A stretch of 64,000 bases of DNA, from assembly GCF_006345805.1 (NCBI RefSeq), contig NC_042999.1, positions 138,074,001-138,138,000 on the forward strand, read 5' to 3'. Positions within the stretch are counted from its first letter, which is position 1. The number at the start of each line of letters is the position of its first letter. The position numbers and the translations under genes are program-made. Shown one piece after another: positions 13,750 through 27,279 of the stretch. Source of the DNA: Octopus sinensis. Lineage: Eukaryota. The notes under the pieces are model-generated. The model was not told where the DNA came from, ran no database searches, and saw only the letters and a program-made list of their open reading frames with translations.

Positions 13750-15690
13750 CTCAAGGCAACACACACACACACACACGTACGCACACACACAAACACGTAT
13801 GCACACACACACACATTCACGCACACACATTCACACACGCACACATTCACATACATACACACAACACACACGCACACACACACACACACAACACACTTAA
13901 ACGTATACACTCACAAACATATTCACACATACACACAACACACACACATTCACACACGCATACATTCACATACATACACACACACATAAAGTATACACAT
14001 TCTCACAAACACATTCACACACACACAACACACACATTCACACATGCACACATTCACACACGCACACATTCACACGCATACACACACAACACACACGCAT
14101 ATACACACAGACACACACACATACATACATACATGCATATATACATACACACGGACACACACACATACATACATACATACATACATACATACATACATAC
14201 ATACATACATACATACACAGCAAATTTACACAGTTTCATCAGAACATAAAAAGCAATAGAAATAAAACTGAATCAAACGACAAAATAAAGAAATAATGAA
14301 AAAATATAAATCAAAGATAAGCATAAAAATTAACAAAAATTTGCATCCAACACAAATCATAAAACAATAAAACACTACACGAAATACTACAATTAACGAT
14401 TCTAACAATAGCCACACCACATCGCATGTTATAAGAGCAATTTCAAGTTTAGGTTGACTTCATTATTAAACACTTTTCAGTTACAAAGATCCACAACAGA
14501 GAAACAAAGCGTAAGATACACGCCCTGCCACTGGTCCATGACCATGACACTTTCCTTCTGCTGGATACATGAAAAACAATAAAGAAATTTTTTAAATGAT
14601 AAAGCTTCAGAGTTTGACAAAATCGTTTCCATGTATACAAGACAGGCTACGGCCTGAAGTATTAGCAATGTCTTAAACTAGTCGTATATCAATATCCGAT
14701 ACGTAAAGTCTGGAAACTGAAAAATTATGGTGTTTCTAAAATCTTACGTAATACGTAACATAGAAGCATCACAGAAACCCATCAGCACTTTGTGCATACC
14801 TTCAAATCACAAAGACTTCTCGACTCCTGTTATACATCACCAAGTCATACATTCCTCCTTTCGATTCACGCAACATGGATTCACCTACTAAGATTAGCCG
14901 CCACACTACTCACGGACTATAAATAAAGAATACACGACGGTATCAACCTTTACATGCACTGTCATAGCTATCCGTTATACGAATAAAGCGATGGACATGC
15001 ATAAAATACTCAATCTCATAAAAAAATACTCGAAATATTACCTACAAAACTACCTCTCAAATCGCCAAACATACACAAAATTCAATAAAACAACGAATCT
15101 TCACTTTCCCAAACGATGTAGCGTATGGATCCATCCTCTCATTCATTCTTTTTGACTTATAACTATCGACCTGCTCACACTGTCACAAAAATGCACTAGC
15201 GTTATACACAGGTGACTTTATAGTTACATCTCATCATTTCATGGACACAGTTTCATCATTTAGAAACATAGCTTCAAGAACATCTCAATCAAATGCCACA
15301 CCAAAATGACATGAAACATACCCCTACACAGTAGACAAAAATAATTACAATTACGTGCAAAACCGCTTTAGAATTCATTCACAGCAAACGTACAACAAAG
15401 TAAGACTTTTGAAGAACTAACAGACACCACGTTTAGTCAACGAATGTAACAACATCAAATTAAATGACAAAGAATATAAACGCCGCACTTCGCATCGTCA
15501 AATTGAACGCGAACCACACATACAGACAAGCTGAAATATTGACGTAAACATGGAAGATTGTTTGGGCATGCATAAAGCACAGTTTATTGTCGTCGCAAGT
15601 TTCAGTACGAATAGTTCCTGCAAAATCACTTCCAAAGGACATCCATAATGCATCAGCACACTATCACAATGCCTTACAAAAACCACCATG
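13230..15690 (+). pseudogene. Highly decayed Penelope-like relic, interrupted by a CA-rich microsatellite
   Basis: About 15408-15458 translates F-E-E-L-T-D-T-T-F-S-Q-R-M-*-Q-H, resembling the GIY-YIG YIGxTxxxFxxRxxxH motif. The upstream extent is inferred from composition only. Confidence 0.35.
13720..14218. repeat. Compound (TA)n/(CA)n/(TACA)n microsatellite
   Basis: Seen directly. Confidence 0.95.
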
Positions 15691-15705
15691 ATATATAGAT
15701 ATATA

Positions 15706-15749
<44 letters not shown>

Positions 15750-16251
15750 TAGCTATTATGTTAAACTGTCATTTGTCCAAAGGTTGTTTTTTCAATATTT
15801 TTTTGCTTGCAATAGCCGTTCTTTTGGTCAAAAGATCGTTCTCCAGCTGCTTCAGATGCCAAGATATAAAAAATTGTCCCAAACTGTAGTACATCGGTTT
15901 TGCCTATGGAATAGTGAAACTATCTTATCATTTTCTGAAAAGCAACGTCTTGGATTTACGACACTTTGCATAATAGGAACGATATATAATTATATATATA
16001 TATATATTATAAATATAATATATATTATATATATATATATACTATATATATATATAATATATATATATAATATATATGTATGTATATATATATATATTAT
16101 ATATATATATAACATATACATATATATAGATATATATATATATCTATTATATATATATATATATATAATATATATATATATATAATATATATATATATAT
16201 ATAATATATATAGATATATATATATGTATATATATATGTATATATATAATA

Positions 16252-16792
16252 TATATGAATAAATGAAAGAATGAAGTCGAACGAAGATTTTAACACAAAT
16301 TCCTTTAGCTCAACACAGTTTCGAAGACTGCATCTTAATTCCGAAGGAATAAAGGAGCATATGCCGTTTCTCATCAGGAAAGACAAGGAGCCTCATCGCC
16401 TCAAGACGACAAAAAACTTTTGATGACTGCCTACATGGTGCACTGTGGACACCATGTAGGCAGTCATCAAAAGTATTTGTTCGTCTGAGGATGATAGAGG
16501 CTCCTTGTCTTTCCTGATGAGAAGACGGCATAATGCTCCCTTTATTCCTCGGAAATTAGGGTATGCAGTCTTCGAAACATGTGTTGAGAGTAAAGGAATT
16601 TTGTTTAAAATCTTCGTTCGACTCCATCTTTCATTTATTCATATAAAAAAAACACACACACAAATTTCACACAAGAACACGGGGTTTCTGCCATTGGCAT
16701 GTAGCTTCAACCGTGTTTTCTGACGTGAATTGCTACCCAGGTATCGATTAACCGAATTATCCATACTAGGATAATTCATTCACTACTTAAAC
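16252..16792 (+). mobile_element. Fold-back hammerhead element C inside (TA)n
   Basis: Inverted arms 16252-16440 and 16450-16645 with a 9-nt loop, then a structured tail of about 145 nt. TA tracts lie on both sides. Confidence 0.8.
16509..16590 (+). ncRNA. Minimal type I hammerhead ribozyme with intact core
   Basis: CUUUC CUGAUGA GAAGAC...GUCUUC GAAAC AUGU GUU GAGAG. Stem I CUUUC/GAGAG, stem II 6 bp, stem III ACAUGUGU self-complementary with G-U pairs. Predicted cleavage after 16585. Confidence 0.75.
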
Positions 16793-16833
16793 TATATATA
16801 TATATATATTATATAATATATATATATATTATA

Positions 16834-16881
<48 letters not shown>

Positions 16882-16937
16882 TATATATTGTATATATATA
16901 TAATATATGTATGTTATATATATAATATATATATATA

Positions 16938-16998
<61 letters not shown>

Positions 16999-17276
16999 AG
17001 GTTGAAAGGAACACACGAGTTAATATATATGGAAAAAAAGTCAAGGTAGAAAATGCTAAAATAATAAACAGTTCATTACCGGTTTCAGTCATTGAGATTT
17101 TTTCAACTGTAATTATGGAAAGCAATTAAATTTCGGAAAAATTAAAAGAAAAGTTTTTTTTTTAAAGAATATTTGCATAGCATTCAAATACAAGGGGAAT
17201 TTTCCTTGTTACTGCCTGTCTCTATCTCTCTTGTTTACTCTTGTGGGTTCGAGGTCGTTGTGAATTCTTGGCAGGG

Positions 17277-17350
17277 AAGAAGAAGAAGAAGAAGAAGAAG
17301 AAGAAGAAGAAGAAGAAGAAGAAGAAGAAGAAGAAGAAGAAGAAGAAGAA
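17277..17350. repeat. (GAA)n microsatellite
   Basis: Seen directly. Confidence 0.97.
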
Positions 17351-19057
17351 AGAGAAGGGAGAAGAAGAAAGGAATGTAGGTAGTATGATAGTAGTAGGAT
17401 GCTAAATGGTCAAGTGACCTAAAGGTGACTCGTTATGGATTATAGCAGTGATTGGGACTGTTTTTTAATGAATTCTTGGGAATCTCTTGAGTGTATCATT
17501 TTAAATATTTGCGTGTGAGTTTATGTTATTCTTTTGAACGCATCTACAACAAACAATATATCCGCCAGGGACTTAGAACAACACAAACCCACAAGCAAAT
17601 ATCAAAATTAATATACTCAAGAGATTACCAAGAATTCATTAAAAACAGTCCCGATCACTGCTATAATCCATAACGAGTCCCTTTAAGTCACTTGACCATT
17701 TAACATCCTACTACTATCATACCACCTACATTCCTTTCTCATTCTCCCTTCTCTTCCCTCTTCTTCTTCTTCACCTTCTTTCTCTCCGCCACCTCCTTCC
17801 TAACTTTACCACTATTGCTGTTTAGAATAACACCTATGCAAATACACCTAGCTTAAATTATTCATATAAACCATTATGTACAATCGGATAATTGGGTATA
17901 ATATAATGCAATTTACTATAGCTGAACTACCTAATACATCGTAATCTATAGATGCCTACACCCCATCCTTGACACCCTTACCGGAACACAAATACCTCCA
18001 ATTTGCATCTGCAATTGATATTATCTCTTCCCTTAGACCTAAATTGAGTACTATTCCATTACGAAATTAATTAATTTAATACAATCACACTGCCATTCTT
18101 CTAATACTTTATATCTAATATTGTATATTAGATAATATATATATATTATATATATATATATTATATATATATATATTATCATAAATATATATATATATAT
18201 ACATACATACATACATAAATACATACATACATACATACATACATACATAAATAATATTCTATATATAAGTTTTAGCACTGATGAATTTAAGTTAGCAAAA
18301 CAAACAACTACTACCCTTCCGGTCCAATCCACTTTTGTCCCTATTCATGAAATCCTCCTTCTGCCTTCCGACAACAATGAATCCCCTCTCCAGCTCCTAT
18401 ATTACGTTTAACCATATACAGTAGATTCATCCAATAGATAGATATATATGTTTTATATTTTTATACTGTCCTTTAGGATCCTTTTCCCTTAGTCCTATTA
18501 TTTTAGTTATCACACTTACTCACTTATTTACTTGGTTTTAATTCTATTTTCTTCTTTTACTTGCGCATACTGGCAATGGTTTATATATTTATTTGATTTG
18601 TTTTTTTTTTCTTATCTCTTAACCATCAATGAACCGGAACCATGTCATGGTTTCCAAAAAAGAATAGCAGACCAGTTAAGTTATAGGACTGACAATGACC
18701 CCCACCCCACTACACATAGGATTTCAGAGACTTGTTGATCGAAAAAAAATAACGAACACTAACACCGCACTTTAGTCACCACCTGGTTCCTTACTCTCAT
18801 TAGTACACTTATATACCAAATTTTCCCATGATGGGTTCACCATCATAGGCTGCTTATGCCATACCCTCTGCAACGCTGCACATACTAGCTGGCATTTTAC
18901 ATATGAACTTTCACCTCTGTAACACGGGCCATACCTTCAACTGAATCGATTAAATGCACATAAATGCTACATCAAAGAACATTTGGACACTTATCCAGCA
19001 GAAAAAACGTGTCGGACAGGAATTTAATGTGAATTTAATGAGAACAATACTGGTAAT

Positions 19058-19317
19058 GTGGAGGCGCGTGGTTTAGTGGTTAGGGTGTCAGCACCATGAT
19101 CGTAAGATTGTGGTTTCGATTCCTGGACCGGGCGAAGCGTTGTGTTCTTGAGTAAAACACTTCATTTCACGTTGCTCCAGTCCACTCAGCAGGCAAAAAT
19201 GAGTAACGCTGCGATGGACTGGCGTCCCGTCCAGCTGGGGAAACATACGCCATAGAAACTGGGAAACCGGGCCCATGAGCCTGGCTAGGCTTTAAAAGGG
19301 CGCATTTATTATTTATT
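19058..19317 (+). mobile_element. tRNA-derived SINE family C with 12-bp TSD
   Basis: A box TGGTTTAGTGGTTAGG, B box GTTTCGATTCC, central GATGGACTGGCGTCCCGTCCAG, (ATTT)n tail. TSD AATACTGGTAAT at 19046-19057 and 19318-19329. Confidence 0.92.
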
Positions 19318-19487
19318 AATACTGGTAATAAACAAATTTTGATGTATAATTGTGCATTCTTCTGATGATGTCTACACACACATACACACACACATAAAGT
19401 TTCACATTAAACTAAATGATTACTCTTTTCTCAGTACTTTTCAATACAGTATGTATTTATTAATACTGACAAAGAAAATGTTGATGT

Positions 19488-19631
19488 GACATCAAAGTTT
19501 CTGCTTGTTCGTGTTCATCAGAGAGCCCGATGAAGGCAAGTAAATCGAAACTTTGATGTCGCTGATAACCTTTTCTTTTAAAGCTGAAAGAGACGGTCTT
19601 CTGTTAGAGCCTCTCGAAACCTTAAGTCGCG
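19488..19631. ncRNA. Cluster of three degenerate hammerhead-like motifs
   Basis: Minus: CUGAUGA...GAAACUUUGAUGUC (19488-19521). Plus: AGC CCGAUGA...GAAACUUUGAUGUC GCU (19524-19563). Plus: CUGAAAGAGA...UCUC GAAAC CUUAA GUC (19584-19628). Confidence 0.45.
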
Positions 19632-20407
19632 TGGAACCGAATCAAACTGTTTTACAATAATACACACACACGCATTTATGTGTGTGCGTGTGTGTGTTTA
19701 GCATTTATGTATATGCAAAAATAGAACGTAACTTGCTGTAATATTTTGTCCCCGAGAAACTTTACTTGAGAGTTTAAAAATCACACTTGGCTCAGAATTA
19801 CATTAGCAGATTGTCAGACACCAATGTTTCGGCCTGACGTAAACTTATCAGTGACGAACACACTTGGTGGTTATCAGCGACGATATACATCGAAACTTTC
19901 ATTCCAGTTTAAAATCAGCATAGGCAGATACATATTTCCAGTTTATTCTGTGGGACAAAAGCATAAAAGTTTTCAATACAACTTTATATTGCCTATAGAT
20001 TCTTATATACGTTAATTTAAGTGAAATAAATTGGGATTACTCGTCCAAACTGTGGTTTTGTAAGTCGATCGGCAGCACACAAATTTGAAAGTAATCAAGC
20101 ATCTTGGGTTAATTTGAAATGTAATGGCTATTTTCGGAGACATAAGACGATAAAGTTCAAGAAAAATAGAACATAAAAACTCAAACCCAACATTTTTCTG
20201 CCTACGGAGTGGCAAAACGTGTGACGTAATAGTTTTACTTTGAAAAGTAAACTACTCGATTTACAGCCCAGAGAGTCGCTAAAATTATGTTTATTGAATT
20301 CGGTATATCTACATTGCAGATTAGTTAAGTTTAGACCACTATGAATAGTCTAAATATTCACTGTTATGCAAATTAGACTGAATAGTTTAGCTGAGTTCTA
20401 GGGTGTA

Positions 20408-20458
20408 TACACTATAAATAGCTATAAGCCACCTACACTATAAATAGCTATAAGCCAC
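20408..20458 (+). repeat. 26-bp tandem duplication (TACACTATAAATAGCTATAAGCCAC x2)
   Basis: Seen directly. Confidence 0.9.
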
Positions 20459-21044
20459 TAATCTCTCTGTGGACACACGTGTATCCTTTCTCTGATAAAA
20501 TCCTAAGAGAACAAACTAATCGGACCGACCCCACTTCTACCTAGGGATAGATAATACCTGTTGATAGTCAATGTGTTTACGTATTACGAAGAGGCTAAAA
20601 TTGCATGTTTATTAAAACAGATATACTTTACCTTTCAAATATTTCCAAACGCCAAACGCAAGATATATATATGTAAGCAACCGAATTTCATGCAGTGATA
20701 TCAGTTGAAGTCATAGCAAATAAAGTGGATTGCTTTCAAGTGAAGTACTTAACAATTTCCTGTTCGGCTTCAACACATGACTACCATGTGTATATACATT
20801 CATACGTAAATGTTTGTATGATTGCATCTATGAACACAATTGAACCAATGTACGTATGTAATGATGTACGTTCGCATTTGTATTACGTATATAGGGCTAT
20901 GTATAACGATTTATACATTTGCAGGATTTTATGCACACACACATAAATATATATTTATACATACACACAAACATACATTCATACATACATACGTACATAC
21001 ATACATACATACATACATACATAATAACATACATACATACATAC

Positions 21045-21094
<50 letters not shown>

Positions 21095-21134
21095 TATATA
21101 ATATATATATGTATATATATATACTATATATATT

Positions 21135-22388
21135 TGGGTTGGCAACTAAGTTCCCGTCGTTTTTTAAAATGTAAATGTTTTAAAAGGTTATATAAAATTA
21201 ACAATTAATGAATCAATAATGTATTCATCCTTGTTGTTTACAACTTCTTCCCAACGTTCAACAAGATTTTCAATACCTCGTTGGTAGAAATCACCCGATT
21301 TGGACTCGAAAAATTGATCCAACTAAGCTCTCAATTCTGCATCAGTTTTGAACGAAACTCTGCGCATAGCATTTAAAAGAGATCGAAAGAGGTGGAAATC
21401 CGTTGGTGCCAAATCAGGAGAGTACGGCGCGTGTGGCAGCACTTCCCAGCCATGCGTTTGAATGACTTCCTTGGTCATATTGGCGCTATGAGGGCGGGCG
21501 TTGTCGTGCAGCGGAAGAACTCCATGCTGCCGATTTGATCATTTCTCTTGAATAGCCATGTCGAGTCATTCCATCTGTTGAACATAGAGTTCCGCGTTGA
21601 TCATTTGGTTCCGTTCAAGCAATTCGTAATGGATAATCCCTTCCCAGTCCCACCATACGCACAACATCGTTTACGTTTTACATGGATGAAGATCTTGTTT
21701 CACGCGCGGTGTCGCTTGTTTACCAAGGCTAAGCCATCCCTTACGCTGCTTCATATTGATGTATAGGCTCTAGTTTTCATCGTCAGTAACGATTCGGTAA
21801 AGAAATCGTTGCTTGTTTCCATGAGTTGAGTGGTGACGAGCAAGCAAACCAGCGGAGATTGTAGCTCGTTGATTTTTGTTATCACTTAAAGCATGCGGAG
21901 CTCATGTTCCATACTTCTGAACCTTTCCCATCGAGTGAAGATGCTTCTCTATAGCAGTTTGGGAGCATTCCATTTTCTCTGCTAGTTCCCTTGTCGTTTG
22001 ATGAGAATTTTCGTGCAAAAGTTGGTTTAATCACTCTTCATCGAACTCAACTGGACGTCCAGAACGAGGTGCGCCTTTGAGGTCAAAATTTCCATTTTTG
22101 AACTCGGCATACTAATCAGGAGAAGTTCTTTCAGCTACGGCACCCTCTCCATACACAGCACAAATGTCGCGAGCAGCATTTCCGGCTTTAGAACCTTGAT
22201 TAAAAGCAAAAAGAAGGAGGTGTCAAAAATGCTCGTTTTTCCTAACTTGACATTCCATTTTAATGATCTGAAAATAAACAAAAATTAACTAAAATTAATT
22301 AGAAAAAAAAAAAAATATATTCCAAAATTTAAAAACGCAATAAATTCCAAAATTTTAAACAAACGGTGGGAACTTAGTTGCCAACCCA
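21135..22388 (-). mobile_element. Full-length mariner transposon with both TIRs and a pseudogenised transposase
   Basis: TIRs TGGGTTGGCAACTAAGTTCCC(G/A)(T/C)CGTTT at both ends. Minus-strand translation from the ATG near 22258 gives PRSGRPVEFD, RIVTDDE, HDNARPH and PYSPDLAPTDFHLFRSL, with stops. Confidence 0.95.
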
Positions 22389-22649
22389 CAGGGTTGACCA
22401 AAAGTTACTTGATAAAAAATTATTTAATATGAGACTTCGATAGTAAATCGGTAAATAGACAAATTTTTGAAAAAAAAAGAAAAACGGTGATTTTAACTCA
22501 CAGCATTCATTTATTAAACATTCATAATTGGAATGAATAAATAGAATTGAATATTAAGTATTTATGGAATTTTGATTAACCGTCGCATGCGATCGGAAGA
22601 TGAAAAAAGCTTGACAAATGGTACCACATGATTTGAATGAAAATCAGAA

Positions 22650-22697
22650 AAGCCTTGTGAGTGGATTTGGTAGATGGAAACAGAAAGAAGCTCGTCG

Positions 22698-22757
<60 letters not shown>

Positions 22758-22955
22758 TCCCCCACCACCGCTTGACAACCGGTGTCGATGTGTTTATGTC
22801 CCCATAAGCGACTCGGCAAAAGAAACCAATAGAATAAGTACTACGCTTAAAAAAATTTCTTCGGTCGATAACTTTGACTAAAACCTTTGAAGGTTGTGCC
22901 CCAGCATGGTCGAAGTCAAAATGACAGAAACAAAATAACAGATAAAAAACAAAAG
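22650..22955 (+). mobile_element. SINE family A, 5'-truncated
   Basis: AAGCCTTGTGAGTGGATTTGGTAGA, internal (TA)(TG) run, CTTGACAACCG...CCAGCATGG...AAATGAC. Confidence 0.85.
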
Positions 22956-23461
22956 TAAGCATTACAACATTCGAACGATCAACACCACTTAGCTGTCTGT
23001 TGACTCAGTTCATATTTTTCGTTCATCAAACAGCAGTCGCAGAAATATTTACCGGTAACACCTTACATATTCAATTTTTTTTTGTCTTTTAAAAATCAAG
23101 TGAGAAGTTTCAAATTTGTGTACCTCTTCGGAAACTTTAGTCAGGCGATGATTTTTCTCATTGCGATGTATCGTTGTTCGTTGTTGTGGAAAGGGTCCTT
23201 CCGAAGGGCACCCAATTTTAAGGTCCTCTTCAGTAGATCTTTATCTCAAATGCTAGTACTTCTCGTGACATTCCATAGAGATCAAGCAATCCTCGATATA
23301 AGTGAAAAAGATTTTCCCAACCTGAAAATGTTTCTCTCACGAACAAGTCGCTATTCCAAATCTTTCATAGCCTTCATGTTTTCTCTATTTACCTGTGTAG
23401 GTACGACAATGCCTAGCAATTTTGTGTACAAAGTGAGCCTGTATCTTCATCTGTATCTTCG

Positions 23462-23510
<49 letters not shown>

Positions 23511-24852
23511 CACACACACACACACACCACACACACACACCACACACACTATCTCTCTCTCACGGAAAAGCTTACAATTCCACCAGTCTATAAAAAGCAG
23601 CTGAGACACCAAATCTATCACAGTTCCTGAAAACGAGACTGAAAGTCTGGATATGTTAAACATGGATTTGGGAAAAATTTTGTTTTAAAATGCCAGCAAG
23701 AAACCGATACGAAAATATGAAACATCTGTAATAAAAAAGTAAACAAAAACTTGGAACATAGTCGTGAGTTTATTGAAACGCGTGCTCAGACGTAGACTAA
23801 GACACCCAACCACATACACACACACACACACATGCACACACACACACACACGCGCGCGCGCCACACAGAGGACATACTCATACAACAGTGTAGGGTCTGT
23901 ACCGTACACTATGTAACCTGAATATTCAAGTGATTTCGATTTATGAACTTTGGTGGCTAATTTGGGAAATTAGGGAAAAGCATAAATTTCATCCCACAAT
24001 TCCATTTTCACACTCGCCTAAAATAAGTTTACATTTGATAACTGAAAATTATATGGAGCAGTTCTGATGTAGTTTAGGGATTCCTTAAAGGAAAATTCAA
24101 AAATCCAATGTTTTCTAGTTTTGAAATACAGTTTTGCATTTTAAAGAGAGAATAAGAGAGAGAAAGAGATAAGAGATAGAGATAGAGAAAGAGATAAGAG
24201 ATAGAGATAGAGATAGATGGCTAGAGATAGAGCGAAAGAGACAACAGGAAAGAGAGTGAGAGAGAATGAAAGAAGAGAGAGAGAGACAGTGAGAGAGAAT
24301 GAAAGAGAGAGAGAGAGAGAATGTGTGTGTCTGTGATTTTGTGCATGAATTTGTGTGTGTCTTTGTGTGGTCGTGTTGTGTTTGTTTTGCACCTAATCCA
24401 TGCTTTGGAGAACTTGGGTGATGTGTTGTGCTACGTGTGTGGTGACATGTAGATTAATAGATTAAAGGATCAAAGTAAGAATAGATAAAATGATAAAAAG
24501 ACTAGAAAATAAAAAGATAGACAGAGAGTGAGATAGAAAGAGAGAGAGAGAGAGAAGGCGAGAGAAAGAGCGAGATCAGTAAAAATGACTGTGTTAGATG
24601 GTAGATGACTCACGAGAGATGATTGTACATGTCAAATTTAGAACTTATAACTTGGCAACTACATGAGTAACTAAGAAGACGTATTTTTTAGAATTCCATA
24701 TAAAGGGATATACAAGAGTTCTTATAGAAAAATTTGACTGAAGGAAACAAACATTCTGTTTACTAAATATAAATATAGTAAAGTCAAAGTTTTGACTGTG
24801 ATTAGACAAGAAGTTAGTAGATAAAAACTCTCCTTCTAGGAGTGTTTAAACA

Positions 24853-24889
<37 letters not shown>

Positions 24890-24985
24890 AATAATAAGCA
24901 TAGGGAATTAACTCCAATAAGATTAATTGGTAGTATATTTTGGACAACGTAAAATAAAGCAGATTGGTGATTACAGAAAGATATA

Positions 24986-25678
24986 TACGAGGGGGTGCCC
25001 AAAAGAAACCGGAATTTTGCAATATTATTTTATTCACTTAGTTTTACAAGATTACGCTTTTATCACCTTCAGAGTATTCTCCATTTGAAGCAATGCATCG
25101 GTCCAGACGCGTTTTCCACAGTTCGAAGCAGTCCTAGAACTGTTATGAAGTGATGCCTTTTAACACATTTGTCGTTTTTTTATCCACTTCTTCCACGTCT
25201 ACAAAACGTTTTCCTTTAAGGGCTTTTTTCATTTGGGAGAACTATAAAAGTTGCAGGGAGCAAGATCAGGTGAACAGGGAAGGTGGGTAAACGGGGTCAT
25301 GCCATTTTTGGTCAAAAGCTGTTTCATACTCAAGGCGGGGTGCGCAGGCAAATGGTCATGATGAAATCATCATTCTCCACTTTGCCATTGGCCGTATCTT
25401 GCAAGCGCTTCAGAATTGCCAAGTAATATGTCTAGGAGGAACAAATACTATGTGGACAATTCCTTTCGCATCGATGAAACAAATCAGCATCGTTTTAACA
25501 TTGGAATTCGCTTCACGCACTTCTGTGGGACGTGGTGACATTGAATTCTTCCATGAAATGCTTCCACCAGCTTTCGTAACCAGTGATGGCTTTCGGAAAA
25601 AGATCCGGATCAACTTCCAACTGTTCTTTCAGTTCACGAAACACATTCAGTCGTGCCTGCTTTTGATCTTCCGTGAGA
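24986..25678 (-). mobile_element. Mariner fragment (3' half with one TIR)
   Basis: TACGAGGGGGTGCCCAAAAG terminus. Minus strand gives LTEDQKQARL, ITGYESW, KTMLICFIDAKGIVH and SPDLAPCNF. Truncated at a (TAA)n run. Confidence 0.88.
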
Positions 25679-25759
25679 TTATTATTATTATTGTTATTAT
25701 TATTAACATATACACACAACATATTAGACTGTTGGAAAAGAAAAAAATCCAAACATCGG

Positions 25760-26049
25760 GCTAAAAGTAACGTTAGATGCCAAGAACCCTCCTATCGAGT
25801 TACAACAAGTAACCTTAGATGTCAAGAACCCTCCTAAGTATCCTAGCTGTCCCTAATAGCACTGTTTTCTGAAATTGTACTAAACTGGGTTATATGCCTA
25901 TTTCCTCTATCCATCTGTTCAGATCTTTAGGGATAGTTCCCAATAACAACTGGGATACATTTTACTCGCACTTTCCATAGTCTCTGTAATTCAATAGCTA
26001 GGTCCTGGTACTTTATGTTTTCTATACTACTACTACTACTACTACTACT

Positions 26050-26088
<39 letters not shown>

Positions 26089-26250
26089 ATTAGGCCTTCT
26101 GGCTTCTATTACTCTGTCAGTCTGGATGTTAGAGTTCCACATCTTGTATTTCTTACTTTCTAGTACTTTACTAGGTTCATGTCCATACCATTTATCAGTA
26201 TGTTCAAATTCTAGCTTTCCACATAGCCCCCAGTGGATTACTTTCTTCTA
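25760..26250 (-). mobile_element. R4/Dong-type non-LTR retrotransposon 3' fragment (RLE endonuclease), copy 1
   Basis: VIHWGLC...WYGHEP...IQTDRVIEARRPN...KYQDLAIELQRLWK..IPVVIG. An (ACT)n expansion occupies the PDIVV region. Confidence 0.85.
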
Positions 26251-26271
26251 GATTATTATATTATTATTATT

Positions 26272-26860
26272 ATTCAGTAGTTTTATTTTTATAGCGTGCT
26301 TTCACTTCACTACCGAGCGCAGCTCTGTGTGCCTTGGGTATGTGCTGTGATTTGTTGTGATGCTCTGATGGTTATTGTATGGAAAGTGTTCTGCGTAGGA
26401 TGTGTGCAGTGCCTAGTAGTGCAATTTTCTGTATGTTATATGTGTTTGTAAGTCCTGGTGTTTTTGTTATGTATTTGTCTGAATATTTTTTTATCATGTC
26501 TAATGCACCTACTATGATAGGAATTGTTTCTGTTTTCAGGTTCCACATTCTAGTTATCTCTATTTCCAGGTCTTTGTATTTTGAGAGTTTCTCCATTTCT
26601 TTTAGAGACACGTTGTCATCTGCCGGTATTGATACATCAATTAGAAAGCATTTTTTTTCTTCATGATCTCTGACAACTATATCTGGTCTGTTGGCCTTAA
26701 TTCTCTATCTGTGTGTATCGGCATATCCCAGAGTATGGTTGCTTCTCGTTTTCTGTGACCTTTTCTGGTGTGTGCCTATACCATCTTTTTTCTGTTGTTA
26801 TTCCATAATGTTGGCATAGCTTCCAATGTATGTAAGGTTCCAACTCTGTCATGTCTGTGA
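26272..26860 (-). mobile_element. R4/Dong-type LINE 3' fragment, copy 2, ending in (TAA)n
   Basis: YIHWKLCQHYG..WYRHTP, ANRPDIVV...FLIDVSIP..D, KLSKYKDLEIEITRMWNLKTETIPIIVGAL, ALLGTAHILR, then a 3' UTR and a TAA run. Confidence 0.9.
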
Positions 26861-27005
26861 ATATATTCCTTCTTCTTCTTCTTCTTCTCTTCTTCTTCTC
26901 TCTTCTTCTTCTTCTTCTTCTTCTTCTTCTTCTTCTTCTTCTCTCTTCTTCTTCTCTTCTTCTTATTATTATTCTTATTATATTATTATTCTTATTATTC
27001 TTATT

Positions 27006-27197
27006 AAGATGATCTGGTAGAGTCGTTAGCACACAGGGCGAAATGCTTAGCGTTAATTCTTCCGTCTTCACGTTCTGAGTTCAAATTCCGCCGAGGTCGA
27101 GATTGCTTTTCATCCTTTCGGAGTCGATAAAATAAGTACCAGTTGAGACTCATCCCCTTCCCCCAAAATTGCTGCTCTTGTGGCAAAATTTGAAACC
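27006..27197 (+). mobile_element. SINE family B
   Basis: GAGTTCAAATTCCGCCGAGGTCGA..GCTTTTCATCCTTTCGGAGTCGATAAA, ending in a TTA tail. Confidence 0.85.
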
Positions 27198-27222
27198 ATT
27201 ATTATTATTGTTGTTGTTGTTG

Positions 27223-27278
<56 letters not shown>

Positions 27279-27279
27279 T

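Larger units (their letters stand above)
17351..19660 (+). mobile_element. 5'-truncated Penelope-like relic with inverted 5' duplication and 3' hammerhead-like cluster
   Basis: Inverted arms 17351-17532 and 17575-17754. The ORF end KQYIRQG...QEFIKNSPDHCYNP resembles a GIY-YIG C-terminus. Degenerate hammerhead cores lie at 19488-19631. Treating these as one element is inference. Confidence 0.45.

Noticed and set aside
19060-19132. tRNA gene
   Set aside because: It is the tRNA-derived head of a SINE with body, tail and TSD. I see no complete cloverleaf.
23190-23240. CTGAAGAGGACC on the minus strand as a possible hammerhead
   Set aside because: No GAAA-stem III-NUH in the right position after a paired stem II.
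23082-23630. 182-aa ORF
   Set aside because: Non-ATG start, no recognisable domain, and it runs through a (CA)n tract.
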